Assembly (NCBI GenBank): GCA_019420345.1
Contig: JAHZHI010000055.1
Coordinates: forward strand, 17,871 to 81,870
Direction of reading: 5' to 3'
Source: Peptococcaceae bacterium
GTDB lineage: Bacteria > Bacillota > Peptococcia > Peptococcales > Peptococcaceae
DNA: 64,000 nt
Both the position numbers and the translations under genes were made by a program. Positions 26,720 through 34,440 of the stretch are shown here, piece by piece. The stretch's first letter is position 1. Every line of letters starts with the position of its first letter. Under the pieces are notes generated by a model, which was not told the origin of the DNA, searched no databases, and was given only the letters and a program-made list of their open reading frames with translations.

Positions 26720-26900
26720 TTGAAAAAAATAAATCTGGAATGATTGTCATTCCAGAGCCTTCGCACGTGAAACATTCACGCGTTCCATCTTCTTTCATCC
26801 AGACTGTACTGTCGGCTTCGGAGTTTCACCGAATCATGCGCATCGCGCTCGTGGGCTTTACCACCGGTAGGGACTTGCACCCTGCCCTGAAGATTTGTTC
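26720..26900 (-). promoter_or_regulatory. FMN riboswitch (RFN element) with intrinsic terminator
   Basis: The minus strand reads cttcagggcagggtgcaagtccctaccggtggtaaagcccacgagcg...ggtgaaactccgaagccgacagtacagtctggatgaaagaag. This matches the conserved RFN core. A terminator tctggaatga/tcattccaga (26734-26756) with a T-run follows. Confidence 0.9.
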
Positions 26901-27098
26901 TTATTCACTTATCGATTTCATCATACGCCTTTATAGAGAGACTGTCAAGATCGATGTAGAAATATATCGACAATTTTCACCATAAATATCCATAAAGAAC
27001 CTTTGTACACCTAATGGATAAATGCGACTTGTATTGTTGTGCAATTTGTTTTACTATTTATTATATTAAATCAATTTTTTAAGGGAGGCCTCCTTAAT

Positions 27099-28292
27099 AT
27101 GGAAACGCTGTCAAAAGATACCTTGATGCACATTCGTCCAGTTTGGGCTGAAATTGATCTCGATGCCCTCGCATTTACCATTTCTTCAATCCGTGAACGC
27201 GCTGGCAAGGACCGTCATGTCGCCGCCGTTGTTAAAGCCAACGCTTATGGCCACGGTGCCGTAGAAATTATTCCAACACTTCTGGAAAATGGCGCTGATT
27301 TTCTCTGCGTGGCACTGCTCGATGAAGCACTTGAAATCCGCAAAGCCGGATTCACCGATGTACCAATCTTGATTCTTGGTTACACCGAACCACAGCGTGC
27401 TGCTGAACTCGTCAAGTACGATATTCACCAAGCTGTCTTCACCTATGAACTCGCAAAAGCCATGAGCGATGCCGCTGTTGAACAGGGCAAAAAAGCATTG
27501 GTGCACATCAAAGCCGACACCGGCATGGGTCGTATCGGATTCCTGCCTACTGAAGAAAACCTCGATGCCATCGTTGACATTCTCTCCCTGCCTAACGTTG
27601 AATTCAGCGGGCTCTTCACCCACTTTGCCAAAGCCGACTATGCCGACAAGACTTACACCCATCTGCAGTGGGAACGTTACAACTACTTCCTCGACGGGCT
27701 CGAAAAGCGTGGCTTTACGCCAAAAATCCGTCACTGCGGCAACAGTGCTGTCATCGTTGACCATCCAGAATACTTCCTTGACATGGTTCGCCCAGGCATT
27801 ATCCTCTACGGCGTATACCCAAGCGATGAAACCCAGAATCAGAACATCGATGTTAAGCCAGCGCTCAGCCTCAAGGCCCGCATTTCCAACGTGAAACGCG
27901 AACATGCCGGCGAACGCATCAGCTACGGCGGCACCTACGAAACCGCTGAAGGCGATGTCATCGCCACACTGCCAATCGGTTATGCCGATGGCTGGATGCG
28001 CCTGATGTCCAACAATGGTGAAGTGCTCGTTCACGGCAAGCGCTGCAAGATCGTTGGCCGCGTCTGCATGGACCAGTGCATGATCAACGTTACCGATGTG
28101 CCAGACGTCAAGATTGGCGATGAAGTGGTCTTGATCGGCAGCCAAGGTGACGACCGCATCTCTATTGAAGAAGTGGTAAACCGCATCCCAACCATTCCTC
28201 ACGAAATTTTCTGCGACATCAACCGCCGCGTTCCTCGTGTATATCTTAAGAATGGTGAGATCGTAAAGATCACACAGTATCTCTTAGACTAA
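27099..28292 (+). CDS. alr: alanine racemase
   Basis: PLP-lysine region AVVKANAYGHG and the C-terminal YGG...P.GYADG motif. Start METLSK is preceded by a GGGAGG RBS. Confidence 0.9.
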   Translation: METLSKDTLMHIRPVWAEIDLDALAFTISSIRERAGKDRHVAAVVKANAYGHGAVEIIPTLLENGADFLCVALLDEALEIRKAGFTDVPILILGYTEPQRAAELVKYDIHQAVFTYELAKAMSDAAVEQGKKALVHIKADTGMGRIGFLPTEENLDAIVDILSLPNVEFSGLFTHFAKADYADKTYTHLQWERYNYFLDGLEKRGFTPKIRHCGNSAVIVDHPEYFLDMVRPGIILYGVYPSDETQNQNIDVKPALSLKARISNVKREHAGERISYGGTYETAEGDVIATLPIGYADGWMRLMSNNGEVLVHGKRCKIVGRVCMDQCMINVTDVPDVKIGDEVVLIGSQGDDRISIEEVVNRIPTIPHEIFCDINRRVPRVYLKNGEIVKITQYLLD

Positions 28293-28405
28293 TAATCGCG
28301 CCGCCTGTCGACCTTTGCGGTTGACAGGCGCGTGCTGTCTTTGTAGAATAATAGGTATAGACTTTACGAAATTATTCATCATTGATAAAAGAGGAGACAT
28401 GAACC

Positions 28406-28816
28406 ATGTATGTATTTGTACAGAGCAATTTTACCGATGCCCCTCATGCCCTGCATGAAGTTGAAGACTGCCTTGCTCGCGGTCTGACCACCAACGATTT
28501 TAAGGTTTTCATTTCCCCGGAAGGCGACGCCAAAATGTCCGCCAAAGAGCCACCGGTTGTTGAAGAACCGGAAGAAGCACCAAAGGGCAAGAAAAAAGAT
28601 GATGGTCCTAAGTTTGACCCAGCTGGTTACCTCTATTGGGCAAAGCTCAAAAAAGAAGTGCCAGTCAACATCATTGACCCTAGCGCCATCGACAGCCTTG
28701 ACCAGCCGGAAGAAGTGAAACTCGCTCTTCATGGCTCCCGCACACTGCTCGATCAGGGCCATATGCTGATCGTTGTGATTCAGCCAAGCCAACCACTCGA
28801 CGAAAAGTTTGACTGA
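28406..28816 (+). CDS. hypothetical protein with an acidic/Lys-rich central linker
   Basis: GAGGAG RBS. A TTGACA-17-TAGAAT promoter lies at 28321-28348, and the gene has its own terminator. No family was recognised. The overlapping minus-strand ORF 28379..28888 was rejected. Confidence 0.5.
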   Translation: MYVFVQSNFTDAPHALHEVEDCLARGLTTNDFKVFISPEGDAKMSAKEPPVVEEPEEAPKGKKKDDGPKFDPAGYLYWAKLKKEVPVNIIDPSAIDSLDQPEEVKLALHGSRTLLDQGHMLIVVIQPSQPLDEKFD

Positions 28817-28832
28817 TCCCTGTTGTAAGGTC

Positions 28833-28868
28833 AAGAGACCTGCTGCAAACCGCAGCAGGTCTCTTTTA
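28833..28868 (+). terminator. rho-independent terminator
   Basis: 14-bp stem aagagacctgctgc / gcagcaggtctctt, followed by TTTTAT. Confidence 0.8.
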
Positions 28869-28927
28869 TGTCTGTAAAGGCTATACACCGAGCTAATAAT
28901 TTAATATTATGACATTTCAATAATGTA

Positions 28928-28957
28928 TTGACATTTATAAATATTCCGCAGTACAAT
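28928..28957 (+). promoter_or_regulatory. sigma-A type promoter upstream of gltB
   Basis: TTGACA at 28928-28933, an 18-nt spacer, TACAAT at 28952-28957. Confidence 0.5.
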
Positions 28958-28966
28958 CTTAGCATC

Positions 28967-29016
28967 AAAGAGCGAGGGTGTTCGTTGAACGAACACCCTC
29001 GCTCTTTTTTCGTTTT
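28967..29016 (+). terminator. promoter-proximal intrinsic terminator / attenuator hairpin in the gltB leader
   Basis: Perfect 18-bp stem aaagagcgagggtgttcg / cgaacaccctcgctcttt (28967-28984 and 28990-29007), followed by TTTTTTCGTTTTT. Confidence 0.7.
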
Positions 29017-29141
29017 TCCAGGCTTTTAAATGTGTGCCGCACACAACGCCGAAAAATATTTTGAATAAAAATCCATGAAACAGCATATGCTGTATATATT
29101 GTTGTCACGATCCACCCTCATTGCCAAGAAAGGAGCCTGTT

Positions 29142-32100
29142 ATGAACGCATGTGAACACACGTCCCACAGCCTCTATGATCCGCGCTTTGAGCATGACGC
29201 CTGCGGCATCGGTGCTGTGGTCGCCATCGATGGCAAACCGTCACACGAAATCGTGTCCGACGCGCTGCACATCGTTGAAAAACTGCGTCACCGCGCTGGC
29301 CGTGATGCCACCGGCAAGACAGGCGACGGCGTTGGGATTCTCTTGCAGATTCCCCACCGCTTGTTCGCCGCCGTCGCCCAAACACACCACGTCGATCTCG
29401 ATACACCACGCAGCTATGCAGTCGGAATGTTTTTCTTTCCACAGGATGCGCTGACCCGTTCTCGACATCGCCGCCTCTTTGAGGTGATCCTCAACAAACA
29501 CCATTTATCGCTGCTTTTCTGGCGGCAAGTGCCGATCCATCCAGAAATCCTCAGCGACGCAGCGCATTCCTGTATGCCATACATTTGCCAGTGCGTCATC
29601 CAACGGCCGGAACATGTGACAAGTGATCTCGCCTTTGACCGTGCGCTGTACATTGTGCGCCGCGAATTTGAGCAATCTGTTTCAGGCACTTATGTGGCGT
29701 CCTTGTCCTGCCGAACCATCGTCTACAAAGGGATGTTTCTGGTTGAGCAGCTGCGGCGCTTCTACGCCGATCTGGAAAATCCAAACTGCGCATCGGCGCT
29801 GGCACTGGTGCACTCCCGCTTCTCGACAAACACGACGCCAAGCTGGGAACGCGCCCATCCAAACCGACTGATTCTGCACAATGGTGAAATCAACACCATT
29901 CGCGGCAACATCGATCGAATGCTGGCGCGTGAAGAAACGATGCATTCGCAAATCTTCTCAGAAAATCTCGATCAGATTTTTCCAGTTGTCAACCCTTCCG
30001 GTTCCGACTCGGCCATGCTTGACAACACCCTTGAATTTCTCATGTTCGCCGGTATGGAACTGCCCCATGCTGTCATGGTGACAATTCCAGAACCTTGGCA
30101 AAAGCAGCGTGACATCAGCCGCGCCTGCCGCGACATGTATCATTACTACGCCACCATGATGGAACCTTGGGACGGACCTGCCGCCATCCTCTTTTCTGAC
30201 GGCGACCAAGTGGGTGCTGCCTTGGACCGCAACGGTCTGCGGCCACTGCGCTACTATCAAACCAAGGACCGCCTGATTCTGGCTTCAGAGGTTGGCGTCT
30301 TAGAAGTGCCGCCAGCTTCCATCCTGAAAAAAGGGCGGCTGGAGCCCGGAAAAATGCTGGTGGCCGATTTGATCTCCGGTGTTATTCTCGAAGACACTGC
30401 CGTTAAAGAAAAATACGCCAGCGCGCAGCCTTATGGCGAATGGCTGGACCGCGAGCTGGTCCTTCTGGCAGATCTGCCAACAGCAAAAACACGCGTTGAA
30501 CGGCATCCGCAAACACTGCGCAGTCAGCTCTACAGAAACTTCGGTTACACCTTCGAAGATATTTATCATTCTATTTTGCCAATGGCCGCCTCGGGCACAG
30601 AGCCCATCGTTTCCATGGGAACAGATATTCCTCTGGCGGTGCTCTCCGAAGCTCCACAGCCATTGTTCAACTATTTCTATCAAATGTTCGCTCAAGTCAC
30701 GAACCCGCCAATTGATGCGTATCGTGAAGAAAGCGTCATTGACACAACGATCTACGTCGGCACCGACGGCAATTTGCTGGAGGATTCTCCCAAAAACTGC
30801 CGCGTGCTGCAGCTGGACAGTCCCATCTTGACCAGCATTGATATGCTGAAAATCAAGGCACTCCATATGCCAGGGCTGAAAAGCACTGTGATCTCTTTGC
30901 TTTACTATTGCAACACCTCACTAGAACATGCGCTTGAGCGCTTGTTCATCAACTGCGATAAGGCTTACCGAAACGGCGTGAATATTCTCATTCTTTCCGA
31001 CCGTGGCGTTGACGAAAACCACACGGCGATACCTTCTCTGCTCGCCGTTTCGGCCTTACAGCAGTATTTGATTCATACAAAGAAACGCACCGCGGTTTCC
31101 ATCATTCTGGAAAGCGCAGAGCCGCGTTCGGTGCATCATTTTGCGACACTTCTCGGTTACGGCGCCACTGCCGTCAATCCGTACCTGGCGCATGAATGCA
31201 TCGACGAACTGATCGAAAACGGTCTGCTTGACCGCGACAGCTCCGTCGCCATTGACGCCTACAACACCGCTGTCAAGAACGGCGTCGTGGAAATCGCTGC
31301 AAAAATGGGCATTTCCACCTTGCAATCCTACCAAAGCGCACAGATCTTTGAAGCAGTCGGGATTTCATCAGCGGTCATCGACCGCTATTTCACAAACACC
31401 ATCAGCCGCATCGAAGGCATCGGTCTTGACGACATTGCTAAAACCGTGGACTGGCTCCATGACCGTGGTTTCGACCCAATGGGCCTGCCAAGCAGCACCA
31501 CCCTTTCTACCACTGGCATGCACTGTCTGCGTTCTGAACCTGGCTCAGAAGACCATCTCTGGGACGCCAAAACCATCCTGGCTTTACAAAAAGCGGTGCG
31601 CGAAGATTCTTATGAGGCGTTCCAAGAATACGCCGATCTTTCCAACCATGTGGTGCACCCTCACACCTTGCGGCGACTGCTGGATTTTGATTTCAGCCAA
31701 GCAACACCAATCCCACTGGATGAGGTGGAAGCGGAGACAGAGATTGTCAAACGGTTCAAAACCGGCGCCATGTCGCTCGGCTCCATCTCCCCAGAAGCCC
31801 ACACCTGTCTTGCCATCGCTATGAACCGCATTGGCGGGCGATCCAATTCAGGGGAAGGCGGTGAATCGCCAGACCGGTTGGAAACCGAATCTGGCTCAGC
31901 CATCAAACAAGTGGCCTCTGGCCGTTTCGGTGTCACCAGCGCTTACCTGACCAGTGCCAAAGAAATCCAAATCAAAATGGCACAAGGTGCCAAGCCTGGT
32001 GAAGGTGGGCATCTGCCAGGAAAGAAAGTCTGGCCACACATTGCCAAGCTGCGTTATGCAACACCTGGCGTGACGCTGATCTCGCCGCCACCGCATCACG

Positions 32101-33653
32101 ATATTTACTCCATTGAAGACCTCGCGCAGCTCATTTACGATCTCAAGAACGCCAACATTCACGCCGATATTTCCGTGAAGCTGGCCAGTGGAGCCGGCGT
32201 CGGCACCATCGCTGCAGGCGTTGCCAAAGCAGGGGCTCAGATCGTACTCATATCCGGCGCTGACGGCGGCACTGGTGCTGCACCGCTCAACTCGGTCCAT
32301 CACGCTGGGCTGCCATGGGAACTCGGCTTGGCGGAAGCGCATCAAACGCTGATCGCCAACAACCTGCGTTCCTGTGTGCGCCTGGAAACCGACGGCAAAC
32401 TCATGAACGGCACCGATGTGGCTTTTGCCTGCATCCTTGGCGCCGAAGAATTTGGCTTTGCCACCGCACCGCTCATTGCCCTGGGCTGCAAAATGATGCG
32501 CCTGTGCAACAACGACAACTGCCCGATGGGTATTGCCACACAAGATCCTGAACTGCGAAAGAACTTTACCGGCAAGCCGGAATACGTGGAACGCTTCATG
32601 TTCTTCATTGCCCGACAGCTGCGTGAATACATGGCCGCTTTCGGCGTGCACACCGTCAGTGAACTCGTCGGCCGCACTGATCTCTTGAAAGTGCGGGAGG
32701 ATTCTTCGGCACCACACGCCAGCGCCCTTGATCTCAAACTGCTTTTGAGTCAATCGTCTCTGTCGATGACGCAATTCGACCCAGCGCACGAATTCAACTT
32801 TGAACTGGAAGACACCTTAGACGAACAAGTGCTTTTGCCAATTCTCAAAGGCCACGAACCGCATGTCGTCAAACTCACCTGCACCAACCGTGCTTTCGGC
32901 ACCCGCTTTGGTGCGGCGCTGACCCGCCGCTATGGCTCAGAGCTGCTAGCAGACAGCTACCATATTCGCTGTCAAGGCGGTGCCGGCCAGTCCTTCGGCG
33001 CTTTCATTCCATCTGGACTGACGCTGGAACTGGAAGGCGACAGCAACGACTATTTTGGCAAAGGTCTTTCCGGTGGTACACTCATCATCTATCCGCCGCA
33101 TGACAGCGTCGTCGTGCCGGAAGACAACATCATCATCGGTAATGTCGCCCTCTACGGCGCCACCTCCGGAAAAGCTTTCATCAACGGCGTTGCCGGTGAA
33201 CGCTTCTGCGTGAGAAATTCCGGCGCCACCGCCGTCGTCGAAGGCGTCGGTGAACATGGCTGCGAATACATGACTGGCGGCTGCGTGCTGATCCTCGGTC
33301 CTACTGGCCGCAACTTTGCCGCAGGCATGTCCGGCGGGACGGCCTATGTCTTCGACGAAGATTACAGGCTTTATCTCCACGTCAACAAAGCATTCATCGA
33401 CGTGGCACCTGTCAATGAACCGCACGACGTTGCCGCCATCCGCAGCCTGCTGGAAGAACATTATGCGGCCACCCATTCGCCGCAAGCCCAACGCATTCTC
33501 AGCCATTTCGCTGAAATGATCGGCTTCTTTAAAAAGATCATTCCACGGGAACAACGGCTGATCAACGAAGAAATTGCCGCTGCCGAACTGGCAGGGCAAA
33601 CACGAGAGGAAGCAGCGCTCACAGCCTTTTTGAAAAGGAGGTCAAGCCTATGA
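29142..33653 (+). CDS. gltB: glutamate synthase large subunit
   Basis: N-terminal amidotransferase region ...HDACGIGAVV. FMN/3Fe-4S central domains. C-terminal GXGXG beta-helix repeats (GNVALYGATSGKAFINGVAGERF). AAAGGAG RBS before the ATG at 29142. Confidence 0.95.
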   Translation: MNACEHTSHSLYDPRFEHDACGIGAVVAIDGKPSHEIVSDALHIVEKLRHRAGRDATGKTGDGVGILLQIPHRLFAAVAQTHHVDLDTPRSYAVGMFFFPQDALTRSRHRRLFEVILNKHHLSLLFWRQVPIHPEILSDAAHSCMPYICQCVIQRPEHVTSDLAFDRALYIVRREFEQSVSGTYVASLSCRTIVYKGMFLVEQLRRFYADLENPNCASALALVHSRFSTNTTPSWERAHPNRLILHNGEINTIRGNIDRMLAREETMHSQIFSENLDQIFPVVNPSGSDSAMLDNTLEFLMFAGMELPHAVMVTIPEPWQKQRDISRACRDMYHYYATMMEPWDGPAAILFSDGDQVGAALDRNGLRPLRYYQTKDRLILASEVGVLEVPPASILKKGRLEPGKMLVADLISGVILEDTAVKEKYASAQPYGEWLDRELVLLADLPTAKTRVERHPQTLRSQLYRNFGYTFEDIYHSILPMAASGTEPIVSMGTDIPLAVLSEAPQPLFNYFYQMFAQVTNPPIDAYREESVIDTTIYVGTDGNLLEDSPKNCRVLQLDSPILTSIDMLKIKALHMPGLKSTVISLLYYCNTSLEHALERLFINCDKAYRNGVNILILSDRGVDENHTAIPSLLAVSALQQYLIHTKKRTAVSIILESAEPRSVHHFATLLGYGATAVNPYLAHECIDELIENGLLDRDSSVAIDAYNTAVKNGVVEIAAKMGISTLQSYQSAQIFEAVGISSAVIDRYFTNTISRIEGIGLDDIAKTVDWLHDRGFDPMGLPSSTTLSTTGMHCLRSEPGSEDHLWDAKTILALQKAVREDSYEAFQEYADLSNHVVHPHTLRRLLDFDFSQATPIPLDEVEAETEIVKRFKTGAMSLGSISPEAHTCLAIAMNRIGGRSNSGEGGESPDRLETESGSAIKQVASGRFGVTSAYLTSAKEIQIKMAQGAKPGEGGHLPGKKVWPHIAKLRYATPGVTLISPPPHHDIYSIEDLAQLIYDLKNANIHADISVKLASGAGVGTIAAGVAKAGAQIVLISGADGGTGAAPLNSVHHAGLPWELGLAEAHQTLIANNLRSCVRLETDGKLMNGTDVAFACILGAEEFGFATAPLIALGCKMMRLCNNDNCPMGIATQDPELRKNFTGKPEYVERFMFFIARQLREYMAAFGVHTVSELVGRTDLLKVREDSSAPHASALDLKLLLSQSSLSMTQFDPAHEFNFELEDTLDEQVLLPILKGHEPHVVKLTCTNRAFGTRFGAALTRRYGSELLADSYHIRCQGGAGQSFGAFIPSGLTLELEGDSNDYFGKGLSGGTLIIYPPHDSVVVPEDNIIIGNVALYGATSGKAFINGVAGERFCVRNSGATAVVEGVGEHGCEYMTGGCVLILGPTGRNFAAGMSGGTAYVFDEDYRLYLHVNKAFIDVAPVNEPHDVAAIRSLLEEHYAATHSPQAQRILSHFAEMIGFFKKIIPREQRLINEEIAAAELAGQTREEAALTAFLKRRSSL

Positions 33654-34384
33654 ACGACCTGAACTTTTTGAAGCATCAAACGGAAGCCCAACGCTGTTAT
33701 GGCTGCGGCGTGCCATTCTGCCAAACTGGCACCGTCATCGACGGCAAACAATTTGGCTGTCCGCTCCACAACCTGATTCCAGAATGGAACCATATGCTGG
33801 GAAACGGCAATTTGCAGCAAGCGGTGTCCCGCCTTCTGCAAACAAACTGCTTCCCTGAAATTACTGGACGCATTTGCCCAGCATTCTGCCAGCAAGTTTG
33901 CCTCCATAAGGAGGTTGACACACCGGTGCAAACCCGTGCCAACGAGCTCTTTCTCGCTGAGTACGCCTTTGAAAAAGGGCTGATTGCACCGCTGATACCA
34001 ACGGTGTATTCCGATTGTACCATCGCCATCATCGGCGCTGGTCCGATGGGATTGGCCGCTGCGCATGATCTCAGTGCTCGTGGTCACACCGTCACCGTCT
34101 ACGACAAGGCCGCCGCTCCTGGCGGACAATTGTTGACAAACGTGTCTGAGAAACGTCTGCCTCGAGACATTCTCGCACGCCGCATTGCATTACTCGAGGC
34201 ACAAGGCGTTGAATTCCGCACCAACGAGGAGGTTGATGAGGAATCTCTCAAAACGTTCTATGATGGAGTCGTCAACTGCACACACGGCCAACCACGACCT
34301 TCTGTGGCGCTGGCAATCGCCGCAGGCACCAAGGCAGCGGCTGACGCTGAAAAAGCATTGATCGGCTATACCAATCTACTCTAA
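33650..34384 (+). CDS. glutamate synthase small-subunit-like protein, internally shortened (lacks the NADPH-binding domain)
   Basis: Fe-S Cys clusters and IAIIGAGPMGLAAAHDL, then a direct jump to a C-terminal GltD-like ...SVALAIAAGTKAAADAEKAL. It is 244 aa, against about 450-490 aa for canonical GltD. ATGA coupling to gltB. Confidence 0.7.
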   Translation: MNDLNFLKHQTEAQRCYGCGVPFCQTGTVIDGKQFGCPLHNLIPEWNHMLGNGNLQQAVSRLLQTNCFPEITGRICPAFCQQVCLHKEVDTPVQTRANELFLAEYAFEKGLIAPLIPTVYSDCTIAIIGAGPMGLAAAHDLSARGHTVTVYDKAAAPGGQLLTNVSEKRLPRDILARRIALLEAQGVEFRTNEEVDEESLKTFYDGVVNCTHGQPRPSVALAIAAGTKAAADAEKALIGYTNLL

Positions 34385-34440
34385 AAACAAAATATAGGAA
34401 ACGGCGAGGGTGTCGTTTACGAAAAAAGAAGGGTTCACTT

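Noticed and set aside
28900-29100. Search for a GlnR/TnrA box (TGTNA-N7-TNACA) upstream of gltB.
   Set aside because: The repeated tgacattt motifs (28909, 28929) and the two palindromes do not fit the 17-bp consensus spacing. No nitrogen-regulator site is claimed.
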